Shown one piece after another: positions 49,729-60,717 of a stretch of 64,000 nucleotides of DNA; position 1 is the stretch's first letter; every line of letters begins with the position of its first letter. Origin of the DNA: a candidate division FCPU426 bacterium. GTDB taxonomy: Bacteria > Oederibacteriota > Muellerivitia > Muellerivitales > Muellerivitaceae. Location of the stretch: contig CAWKAR010000026.1 in the NCBI GenBank assembly GCA_963847625.1, forward strand, positions 32,001-96,000, given 5' to 3'. A program made the translations under genes and the position numbers. Under the pieces are notes generated by a model that did no database searches, was not told where the DNA came from, and saw nothing but the letters and a program-made list of their open reading frames with translations.

Positions 49729-51144
49729 TCAGCACTTCTGCATTTCGAGGCTGTACTTCTCGGTTTCCTCGTCGAAAGGCACCGGATACTTGGCCGTGAA
49801 ACAGGCCGCGCAATGCCCCGACGGCGTCCCCTCCACCGCTTTCATCATCCCCGCCACCGACAAGTAGGACAGGCTGTCCACCCGAAGGTAGGTCCGGATT
49901 TCCTCCAGGCTGTGGGTGGCCGCGATAAGCTCATTCCGGCTGGGGAAATCCATGCCGTAAAAACAGGGCGAGATGATGGGCGGCGAGGTGATGCGAAGGT
50001 GGATTTGCTTGGCTCCCACGTTGCGAAGCATCTTGACGATCTTGCGCATGGTGGTTCCCCTCACGATGGAGTCATCGATCAGGATCACCCGCTTCCCCTC
50101 CAGGGATTCCTTCACCGCGTTGTACTTGAGCCTGGCACCGAAGTCCCTAATGGACTGGCTGGGCTCGATGAATGTGCGCCCGATATAGTGGTTGCGGATG
50201 AGGCCCAGCTCATAGGGAATCCCGGATTCCTCCGCGAAACCCGTGGCGGCCATGTTGGAAGAGTCCGGCACAGGAACCACCATGTCAGCCTCCACAAAAG
50301 ACTCCTGGGCCAGGATTTGCCCCAGGCGCTTGCGGACCCTCTGGACGCTGGTGTTGTAAATGCGGGAGTCGGGCCGGGCGAAGTAGATGTACTCGAAGAT
50401 GCACTGGGAATGGGTTGTCCGCTCGAAAGGCTTGATGGACACCAGGCCGTTTTCGTTGATGAGGACCATTTCCCCGGGTTCCACGTCGCGCACGTACTTG
50501 GCGTCGATGATGTCGAAAGCGCAGGTTTCGCTCGCCAGGACCCAGCTATCCTCCAACTTGCCCAGGCTGAGGGGGCGGAAGCCGTTGGGATCCCGCACGC
50601 CGATCAGGCCGTCGTCGGAAAGCACCAGGAGCGAATAGGCGCCCCGGACCTGCTTGAGGGATTCAATCATCCCCTCGATGAGGGTATGGCTGGAGTTGCG
50701 GGCCAGAAGATGGATGATAATCTCCGAGTCCACGGTGGAGGCGAAAATGGACCCCCGGGCCTCCAACTCGTCCCGGATGCGCCTGGCGTTGACCAGGTTG
50801 CCGTTGTGGGCGACGGCGATGCTTCCGCGGGAATACTCCACCGCGATGGGTTGGGCGTTTCGAAGCTGGGAGGAGCCGGTCGTGGAATAACGAACGTGGC
50901 CGATGGCGGTTTTTCCGGGAAGTTCCTTGAAAGCCTCTTCATTGAAGATATCAGCCACCAGGCCCATGCGTTTATAGTTGGAAAGGCGGCCGTCGGTCAT
51001 CGTGCAGATACCGGCTGATTCCTGGCCGCGGTGCTGGAGGGAGTGAAGGCCCAGGTAAGTGAGTTTGGCGGCCTCGGGATGGCCGTATATTCCGAAAACT
51101 CCGCACTGATCGTGCGGTTTATCCTCATCCAACCACTGTGCCAA
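49729..51144 (-). CDS. purF: Amidophosphoribosyltransferase
   Basis: Propeptide + CGVFG, LQHRGQESAG, GHVRYST, HNGNLVN, DDSIVRGTT, Fe-S cysteines. Confidence 0.98.
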   Translation of the reverse strand: MAQWLDEDKPHDQCGVFGIYGHPEAAKLTYLGLHSLQHRGQESAGICTMTDGRLSNYKRMGLVADIFNEEAFKELPGKTAIGHVRYSTTGSSQLRNAQPIAVEYSRGSIAVAHNGNLVNARRIRDELEARGSIFASTVDSEIIIHLLARNSSHTLIEGMIESLKQVRGAYSLLVLSDDGLIGVRDPNGFRPLSLGKLEDSWVLASETCAFDIIDAKYVRDVEPGEMVLINENGLVSIKPFERTTHSQCIFEYIYFARPDSRIYNTSVQRVRKRLGQILAQESFVEADMVVPVPDSSNMAATGFAEESGIPYELGLIRNHYIGRTFIEPSQSIRDFGARLKYNAVKESLEGKRVILIDDSIVRGTTMRKIVKMLRNVGAKQIHLRITSPPIISPCFYGMDFPSRNELIAATHSLEEIRTYLRVDSLSYLSVAGMMKAVEGTPSGHCAACFTAKYPVPFDEETEKYSLEMQKC

Positions 51145-51167
51145 AGGAAACTCCTTAAAAACTTAGG

Positions 51168-53392
<2,225 letters not shown>

Positions 53393-53396
<4 letters not shown>

Positions 53397-54091
53397 TTCG
53401 AGGCCGCCATGGCGGAAAGGATGGAATCCCAGATGAATTTGCCGTCGCTGCTTCCCAAAACGTCCTCCCCGGTCCGGTCCGGATGGGGCATGAGCCCGAA
53501 AACGTTTCTTTTCGCGTCGCAAACGCCCGCGATGTTTTCCAGGGATCCGTTGGGGTTGGATTCCGGGTTGGTCCGGCCCTGGGGGTCGCAATATCGCACG
53601 ATGACCTGCCGGTTGTCCGTGAGTTTCTTCAAGCCCTCCGGATCGATGAAGTAGTTCCCTTCCCCATGCGCGATGGGGATTTTCAAGACCTGCCCAGCCC
53701 GGCAGGAGCGCGTGAAGGGGGTGTCGGTTTGTTCCACCCGGATATAGACGTAACGGCAGCTGAATTGGAGGCTCTTGTTGCGGATCAAAGCGCCTGGAAG
53801 CAGGCCCGCCTCGCAAAGGATTTGGAACCCGTTGCAAATGCCGATCACCAGGCCGCCCTTTGCGGCAAAATCAGCGACGGACCTCATGACGGGAGAGAAG
53901 CGGGCGATCGCGCCGGTACGCAGGTAATCGCCGTAAGAAAACCCACCCGGAACCACCACGCAATCGGGGTTCCGAAGGTCGGTGTCCTTATGCCAGACCA
54001 TTTCCACCGGCTGGCCCATCACTTCCCGGATCACGTACTCGCAATCATGGTCGCAGTTGGACCCCGGAAAGACCGTCACGGAAAATTTCAT
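53393..54091 (-). CDS. purQ: FGAM synthase glutaminase subunit
   Basis: [38 protein letters not shown]. Confidence 0.97.
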
Positions 54092-54180
54092 CGAAAGCCT
54101 CTTTTAACATTCAGGGAGTCGTTCAAAATCACGGCCAGGTGGTTCAATCCCCGAATTTCGCGGGGAATTGACGTGAAGAA

Positions 54181-54435
54181 TCACTTCTTTTCCACCGTGA
54201 ACCGGTAGGATTCGATATTGGGGTTGGCCAGGAGCTTATCACAGATCTCGTCGGCCTGTTTCTTGACCTCGGATTCGGAAAGGGCTCCGTCGAATTCTAT
54301 CTCGGTGAACTTGCCCATCCGGACACCCTGGACAGAGTTGTAACCCATCTGATTCAGGGCCCTTTGCACCGTGGCCCCCTGGGGGTCCATCACTGAAGGT
54401 TTCAACGTCACGTAAACGCTCGCGTGCCAGATCAT
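54181..54435 (-). CDS. purS: FGAM synthase subunit PurS
   Basis: LKPSVMDPQG, VRMGK, LLANPNIESY. Confidence 0.97.
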   Translation of the reverse strand: MIWHASVYVTLKPSVMDPQGATVQRALNQMGYNSVQGVRMGKFTEIEFDGALSESEVKKQADEICDKLLANPNIESYRFTVEKK

Positions 54436-54466
54436 TCTTTACTCCAATCAGTTCAGAAACGGGGTT

Positions 54467-55762
54467 TTAAAGAACCCCAGCCCTTTTCAGGATATAATTC
54501 ACGTTCTTCAAGTGGATCGAAAGGTCGAAGCATTTTTCCACCTCCGCCGCCGTCATCCGCGCCCTCACCTCCGGGTCCTGCCGGATCAGTTCCCGGAAAT
54601 CAAGTTCATTTTTCCAGGCGTTCAAGGCGTTCTTCTGGACGATGGCGTAGGCTTTTTCCCGCGTACAGCCCTTTCCCACCAGGGCCAACAAAACCTGTTG
54701 CGAGGAAACCAGGCCCCGCGTCAGGAGGATGTTGCGTTTCATGCGCTCGGGATAAACGTTCAATTTCCCGATGATGCCGATGAATTTCTCGAGCATATAG
54801 TTCAAAAGGATGGTGGCGTCAGGAAGGATGATCCGCTCCGCCGAGGAATGGGTGATGTCCCTCTCGTGCCAAAGGGCCACGTTCTCCTGGGCGCTCAAGG
54901 CGTAACCCCTCATCACGCGCGCCAGTCCCGCCACCCTTTCCGCGGTGAGGGGGTTGCGTTTGTGGGGCATGGCGGAGGATCCCTTTTGTCCCTCGGTGAA
55001 GTACTCCTCGGCCTCCAAAAGCTCGGTTCGCTGGAGGTTACGGATTTCGGTAGCGAACTTTTCCAGGGAGCAGGCGATGAGGGCCAGCACAGAGAGGAAA
55101 TAAGCGTGACGGTCCCTCTGGAGGGTCTGGGTGGATATCGGGGCGGCCTTGAGCCCCAGGCTCTTGCAGACCATTTGCTCGACCCTGGGGTCAATGTTGG
55201 CGAAAGTGCCCACGGCCCCGGAGATCTTCCCGACCGCGATGTGCTCCCGGGCCTGTTTCAGGCGCTCGATATGCCGCTGAACCTCGCTGTACCAAAGGGC
55301 CATTTTCAACCCGAAAGTCACGGGTTCGGCATGAACCCCGTGGGTGCGGCCGATCATGATGGTGTCGCGGTGTTCCCTCGCGCGCCGTTTCAGGATGGTT
55401 CCCAAGCGGTCCAGTTGGGATAAAAGGAGGTCGGCGACCCTCACCAATTGAAGGGCCTGGGCCGTATCCACTACGTCCGTGGAAGTGAGGCCCAAATGGA
55501 TGAAACGGGAGGAGGGGCCCACGAATTCGGCCACCGAAGTCAGGAAGGAAATCAGGTCGTGGTTTGTTTTTTTCTCGATGGCTTCGATTCGCTTGAGGGA
55601 AAAGCGGGCTTTTTTCTTGATGACGGCCAGGTCCTTGCGCGGAATCCGGCCCAGACGGTTCCAGGCCGCGCAAGCGGCAATTTCCACCTTGAGCCAGGAC
55701 TCGAACTTGGTTTGTTCGGACCAAATCCCGCCCATTTCGGGCAAAGTGTAACGGGAAATCAA
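54467..55762 (-). CDS. purB: Adenylosuccinate lyase
   Basis: HLGLTSTD, GRTHGVHAEP, GSSAMPHKRNP, LWHERDITHSS. Confidence 0.98.
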   Translation of the reverse strand: MISRYTLPEMGGIWSEQTKFESWLKVEIAACAAWNRLGRIPRKDLAVIKKKARFSLKRIEAIEKKTNHDLISFLTSVAEFVGPSSRFIHLGLTSTDVVDTAQALQLVRVADLLLSQLDRLGTILKRRAREHRDTIMIGRTHGVHAEPVTFGLKMALWYSEVQRHIERLKQAREHIAVGKISGAVGTFANIDPRVEQMVCKSLGLKAAPISTQTLQRDRHAYFLSVLALIACSLEKFATEIRNLQRTELLEAEEYFTEGQKGSSAMPHKRNPLTAERVAGLARVMRGYALSAQENVALWHERDITHSSAERIILPDATILLNYMLEKFIGIIGKLNVYPERMKRNILLTRGLVSSQQVLLALVGKGCTREKAYAIVQKNALNAWKNELDFRELIRQDPEVRARMTAAEVEKCFDLSIHLKNVNYILKRAGVL

Positions 55763-56024
55763 GAAAAACCCCTTTTCGCATTATATGGGCATCAGATGGG
55801 TAGGCGAGGAAGTGGGCGATGAAAAGCGTGATCAGTATATAAAGTCTTGCCCGTTCCACCAATAAAAAAACCCAACTCTTCGATGATCCCTTTGACGGAA
55901 AAACCCGGCTCAGTCCGTTGAAAAGCCCAGGTTGATAATTAGGTTAAAAAAGTAACTTCGTCAAAATTTAATTGGATTTTTCCCGAATTTGTAGATAAGC
56001 AATTTCAAAAATCTATTTTTAAAT

Positions 56025-56253
56025 TGTCATCGCGAGCACTGCTTCTCGCTGCGGTGCGAGGAGCCAGCCCCAATCGGGGCGATTTGCGACGTGGCGACTC
56101 CAGTTTGTCGTTCGATTTAGGCCGTTTAAAAAGCTATTAACTGAGGTTGTACGTTGGCCCTTTGGGCCAAGTATGGTCGGCCTGAAATTCAGGCCAACTA
56201 CTTCAAACCTGTCATAAACGCCCCGCTATTCGCGGAGCATTCCATCAAAGACA
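56025..56253. repeat. REP-like element homologous to 41936-42085 carrying nested palindromic inserts
   Basis: Shares TGTCATCGCGAG, GCCCCAATCGGGGC, GCGACGTGGCGAC and AACTGAGGTTG; extra inserts at 56037-56060 and 56150-56200. Confidence 0.75.
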
Positions 56254-56262
56254 AACAATCAA

Positions 56263-57321
56263 TTATTCCTGGAATCGGTTAGCTTTCCAGAGCGCCACAA
56301 AGGCTCCCAGGCAACGCATCGCGTCTTCCGTAACGCTGACCGAACTGGCCCCCAAGCCGCACGCAGTCGAGAAAAAGGAACGCCCTGTTAATTCCCCCAT
56401 CTCCATCCCTTTTTTCGAGAGAAGTTCGACCGTATCTTCCCAACGGTTGTACAACTCCGCCGGATCGGCGAATTGGCCTTGCACCATTCCGGTGGGCACG
56501 ATCCCCCAAACGATGTTCCCCCCTTTTCGGAGGTATTTTTTCAAGTTTTCGGCGTCCTCCAGGAGATGGTCCATATATTGGGACGCGTCGAAGTGGAAAA
56601 ACTCGGCTGTTGTCTCGAATGCCCAAGGCCAGGGTCCCGGGCCGCAGCAATGCAGACCCACTAAGGCTCCCTCCTCCTGGAGTCCTTCAATGACACACGA
56701 ATGCCATTCCCGGATGTCCTTCCACCGGATTCCATAGTTTTTCGGTTCGAAATTGCGGCTCAGGAAAGGCTCATCCAGGAAAAGCACCACCGGTTTTCCC
56801 AAGACTGAGAGTTTTTCCAATTGCCAACGAGCATGTAAAAGCACGTATTGGACGAGCAACTTCATTGCTTCCCTTGATACCACGAGGGGTTTTCCTTCAT
56901 CGTCCTTGACCAGCAATCCCCAGCTCAGGGGGCCAATCAGTTGTCCCTTGACAGCGAGGATATTGCTTTTTTGCAGGCGTTCGCTTTCCTGTAAAAAAGC
57001 ATAAAAACCCGTGGCTTCATCCGGTTGGAAAGCGGCCCTTTCCAAATAGTGCCGGCGGTTTTCCTCTGTCATTAACTCCAATGCCTCTTTCATCCCCCTG
57101 GGTGAGAGGGTGAGCAGGGGTTGTTCCGGTGACCCCCAATTCAAGCCGGGCAGGCCGGAGAGGCCCTGCAGGTTCATTCGTTCCTTCGAGGATTTTTTGG
57201 GGAGTTGGGGCCAGGCCGGCACCTCGGGAAAACCCTGGATTTGCGCCTTGACGGCGGCCATCGCGTCCAATGTTGGCAGGGAGCCGACGGCAATGCGGGC
57301 GCCTTCCGTTAATCCATCCAT
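56263..57321 (-). CDS. Single-domain cobalamin-independent methionine synthase-like protein
   Basis: GSLP, WPQLP, KGQLIGP, LFLDEP, GLHCCG, WGIVPT, TACGLG (putative Zn ligands). Confidence 0.7.
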   Translation of the reverse strand: MDGLTEGARIAVGSLPTLDAMAAVKAQIQGFPEVPAWPQLPKKSSKERMNLQGLSGLPGLNWGSPEQPLLTLSPRGMKEALELMTEENRRHYLERAAFQPDEATGFYAFLQESERLQKSNILAVKGQLIGPLSWGLLVKDDEGKPLVVSREAMKLLVQYVLLHARWQLEKLSVLGKPVVLFLDEPFLSRNFEPKNYGIRWKDIREWHSCVIEGLQEEGALVGLHCCGPGPWPWAFETTAEFFHFDASQYMDHLLEDAENLKKYLRKGGNIVWGIVPTGMVQGQFADPAELYNRWEDTVELLSKKGMEMGELTGRSFFSTACGLGASSVSVTEDAMRCLGAFVALWKANRFQE

Positions 57322-58082
57322 GGGTGATCCCCCCAAGGCCAGTCCGAAAAATGGCCGAATTCTTCCTTAGCGGTCAAGTTCAAATGCAGTGGCGTCACTG
57401 AAATATAACCCGCACGGATCCTTGAAACGTCCGATTCGGGATGCTCCACGGTAGGCTCGCTGGGACTATTCAGGATGTAGTTATAGTGGTCGTCCAATTC
57501 CCCATGTTTATCGAGATCGTCGATATGCCGGAATTCCCCCTGGTGGGTCAAGGCAACACCCTTGATGGAGCCGGCCGGAAGGGGGGGGACATTGACATTC
57601 AGGAAAACCCCCGGGGCCATTCCCTTTTCCTGGATCCATTGGGCCAGATTCCTCGAGAATTTCGCACAGGCGGTAAAATCCTTGATTTGGTGGCTGGTTA
57701 AGGAGATGGCGGCCGCGGGTATTCCCAGGAGCACCGCTTCCGCCGCCGCCGCGACCGTTCCGGAATAGATGATCAAGGAACCGTAATTGGCCCCTTGGTT
57801 GATCCCAGATAGTACCAGGTCCGGCTTCCAGGGCAACAGCTTGAGGACGGCCGTGCGGACGCAATCAGCGGGGGTGCTGGAAATGCGGTAGGAATAACGG
57901 ACCCCGGGCCAGGGGGATTCCAGGACTTTAAACGGCGTGTTCAGGGAAATGGAATGGCCCAAGGCGCTGGATTGTTTTTCGGGCGCCGAAATGGCCACTT
58001 CCCCGAGAGCGCGGACTTCCTCAAAAAGGGCCTTCAGGCCCGGGGCCTCGATACCGTCGTCATTGGTGAGCAAAATCTTCAT
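57309..58082 (-). CDS. surE: 5'/3'-nucleotidase SurE
   Basis: ILLTNDDGIEAPG, TPADCV, SGINQGAN, YSGTVAAA, ISVTPL. Confidence 0.96.
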   Translation of the reverse strand: MKILLTNDDGIEAPGLKALFEEVRALGEVAISAPEKQSSALGHSISLNTPFKVLESPWPGVRYSYRISSTPADCVRTAVLKLLPWKPDLVLSGINQGANYGSLIIYSGTVAAAAEAVLLGIPAAAISLTSHQIKDFTACAKFSRNLAQWIQEKGMAPGVFLNVNVPPLPAGSIKGVALTHQGEFRHIDDLDKHGELDDHYNYILNSPSEPTVEHPESDVSRIRAGYISVTPLHLNLTAKEEFGHFSDWPWGDHPWMD

Positions 58083-58208
58083 GCGGCATAGGATAAGGCT
58101 AAAGGCCCTTTTTGGACAATAGCCGCGAATGAAAAAAACCTATTGGCTTTGAGGAGTCCTCAACCGGGAAAGACCGACAAACTTCAGTGTTAGCGGAAAA
58201 GGTAGCTT

Positions 58209-60602
58209 TTAAAAGAGGTCGCCCAGGTTGAAGTGGAGGACTCCAGCGTGAGGGGCCGCGGAGGTCGAAAGATCGGAATCGATGGCCCAACCGTAGTCGA
58301 GGCGGATGGCCATGACGGTGCCGGGAATGGTCAGGCGGAGGCCCAGTCCCGCCCCGAACTGGACGTGGGACTCATCGAGGTTCAAGACCGTGGTCCAGGC
58401 GTCACCCGCATCGAAAAACAAGACGCCCCGAAGGGGACCGACGATGGCATGCTTGAGTTCGGTATTGGAAACGAACAGGGCGTCACCGCCCGCCACGGGG
58501 CCCACGCTTCGTTCGTTATAGCCCCGAATGGTGTCCGTGCCCCCCGCGAAGAACTTTTCGTACAAGGGAACGTCGGTGAAACCGCGGCCCGGGAACCAGT
58601 AGCCCTGGCCCGCGCCGGCCCGGACATGCTCTCCGAGCACGAATCCCGCCACCAACGGAATGAAATGACTGGTATCCCCGATCACCTTGATGAAATTGGT
58701 ATCTGCTCCCAGGGGGCCTCCCGCGAACTCCACCGACAACTGGTGCTTCCACCCGGTCGTGGGGTCGAAATAGTTGTCACGGTTGTCGAACACGACCCGA
58801 GGAGTGAAACTGCTGGTGGTAAGGTCGGAGGACTGGATGTATTGCGGGGTGCCGGGTGTTGTGTAATAGGGATCCACGCTTCCGATGTCGACATTCTCGA
58901 AAAGATAGGTCCCGAACACGTTCCAGTAGCGGCTCAGCTTGCGGCCCAGGCTGAGGGAACCCCCGTACCGTTTTTCCGTGTAAAAGTTGGTGGAGTTGTC
59001 GTAGGGATTCGGAACCGCGGTGGTATAGATCCGGTCGGTGTCGAAAACGTCGATTCCGAAGGAAGTCCTCGTGTTGAAAAGCCATGGTTCGGAGAAGCCA
59101 ATGTCGAAGCTCGTCTGGGAAGCCCCGAACTGGACGTTGATGCTCCCGTGAAGCCCGTGGCCCAACAGATTAGCTTCGTCCAGCTTGACCGTCCCCACCA
59201 AGCCGTCCACCGAACTGTAACCCCCGCCGACGCTGATCGTCCCCGTTTTCCTTTCCTTTACGCGGAAGACCAGGATTTCCTTGCCCGGCGTGTCGCCGGG
59301 CTCGACTTCGGGGTTCACTTCGTCAAAGTAACCCAGGTTATAAAGGTTCTGCGCGGAACCCCGGATCAAATTGGCCTCGAACTTGTCGCCCGCGTTGATC
59401 ATCAACTCCCGGCGGATGACGTAATCCGCCGTCTTGTAGTTCCCCACGATCTTGATGTCCTGGACATAGGCGATCTCTCCCTCGCTGATGTCGAAAACAA
59501 GGCTTACTTTTTTCAATTCCTCGTCGTAATTCAGGGTGGGCTTGACGACGGAGTAGATATATCCCTTGTCCGCGTACAGGGTTTTCATCTTGCGGGTGCC
59601 GTCATCCAGGCTGCTTTTGCTCAAGACCTCGTTTTTTTTCAAGCCGAGGGCCTTGGACAGGTCCTCGTCGTCGAAAAGGACGTTTCCGTGGTATTCAACC
59701 CCGGCAAAAGTGTATTTATCCCCTTCCTTGACCTTGAGGGTGATGAAAACCTTCCGCCGGGTGGGGCTCAAGGTTTCCTGGTGGCTCAAAACGGCGGCCT
59801 TGAGATAGCCTTCGTCGTGGTAAAAATCCTCGATTTTTTTGATGTCCTCATCCAAAAGGTCGGGTTTGAAATTGTCGCCGGAGTGGTTGTTTTTCATTTG
59901 CTCGGCGACCTTTTTCTCGCTGAAAGCCTCCGCCCCGGTGACCGTAACTTTGGCCACCTTGACTTTCCGCCCTTCCGAAATATAGAAGGTTACCTCGGCC
60001 GTGTTGGCCTCCGTGTCCACTTTGCTCTTGACAGAAACATTAACGTTGGAATAGCCCTCGTCCAGGTAAAGTTTCTTGATGGCGGTCACGTCGCCGTTCA
60101 ACTTGGCGGGGTCGAAGGTTTCCTTGGGGGAACTCTTGATTTCCTGGAGAAATTTGGAGGGACCCCATTTTTTTTGGCCGATAAATATGATCTTGCTGAT
60201 CTGGGGGCGTTCTTTCACCTGGAAGGTCAAAACCACCTGGCCGGTCTTAACCGCTTGTTCCACGTCCGCCTGGACGTCCGTGAAATCCCCCATGTTGAAC
60301 AGGTTGTGGATGTCCATTCGAACGCGCCGGAGCGAGAAGTCATCCCCTTCTTTTTCAATCAGGTGGCCGTAAATCAGGAGGGCTGACACGTTTTTGTTGC
60401 CCGCGACCTTGATGGAGGCGATCTTTGCCGACAGATCGGTTTGGCCCATGAGGGGGGCGGCTATAGAAAATAAAAAGCAAAAAACCATGAAACCCACGCC
60501 AAGACATAATCGTCTGCATGGTGTTGAAATCGGACTCAAAAAAACCTCCAAAAAAGGATTAAATGACCCATTCAAGAACGATGAAGATAAATGAACTGGC
60601 AA
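58209..60602 (-). CDS. bamA: Outer-membrane protein assembly factor BamA
   Basis: POTRA repeats (VKERP, GNYKTADYVIRREL), GGTDTIRGY loop motif, C-terminal Phe; the true start may be slightly downstream. Confidence 0.93.
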   Translation of the reverse strand: MPVHLSSSFLNGSFNPFLEVFLSPISTPCRRLCLGVGFMVFCFLFSIAAPLMGQTDLSAKIASIKVAGNKNVSALLIYGHLIEKEGDDFSLRRVRMDIHNLFNMGDFTDVQADVEQAVKTGQVVLTFQVKERPQISKIIFIGQKKWGPSKFLQEIKSSPKETFDPAKLNGDVTAIKKLYLDEGYSNVNVSVKSKVDTEANTAEVTFYISEGRKVKVAKVTVTGAEAFSEKKVAEQMKNNHSGDNFKPDLLDEDIKKIEDFYHDEGYLKAAVLSHQETLSPTRRKVFITLKVKEGDKYTFAGVEYHGNVLFDDEDLSKALGLKKNEVLSKSSLDDGTRKMKTLYADKGYIYSVVKPTLNYDEELKKVSLVFDISEGEIAYVQDIKIVGNYKTADYVIRRELMINAGDKFEANLIRGSAQNLYNLGYFDEVNPEVEPGDTPGKEILVFRVKERKTGTISVGGGYSSVDGLVGTVKLDEANLLGHGLHGSINVQFGASQTSFDIGFSEPWLFNTRTSFGIDVFDTDRIYTTAVPNPYDNSTNFYTEKRYGGSLSLGRKLSRYWNVFGTYLFENVDIGSVDPYYTTPGTPQYIQSSDLTTSSFTPRVVFDNRDNYFDPTTGWKHQLSVEFAGGPLGADTNFIKVIGDTSHFIPLVAGFVLGEHVRAGAGQGYWFPGRGFTDVPLYEKFFAGGTDTIRGYNERSVGPVAGGDALFVSNTELKHAIVGPLRGVLFFDAGDAWTTVLNLDESHVQFGAGLGLRLTIPGTVMAIRLDYGWAIDSDLSTSAAPHAGVLHFNLGDLF

Positions 60603-60717
60603 TCAAAGGGCGGTATTCTAACACGCCTTGGGTATATCGCCAAATAATAACCGCCTATTTTTGGACGTTTCGGGAGGACAAAACGGCGCTAGGGGTACCT
60701 GGAAGTCCCTAAAAAAG

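Noticed and set aside
53397..53837. N-terminal extension of PurL (889-aa ORF)
   Set aside because: It overlaps purQ in another frame; the real start at 53396 couples to the purQ stop. Similar over-extensions were trimmed for fabF, fabG, rsmD and the ABC permease.
58233..60386. Long antisense ORFs (717 aa here; also 39602-40900, 14020-15288, 49813-51018)
   Set aside because: They lie opposite well-supported genes in high-GC3 DNA and show no recognisable motifs.
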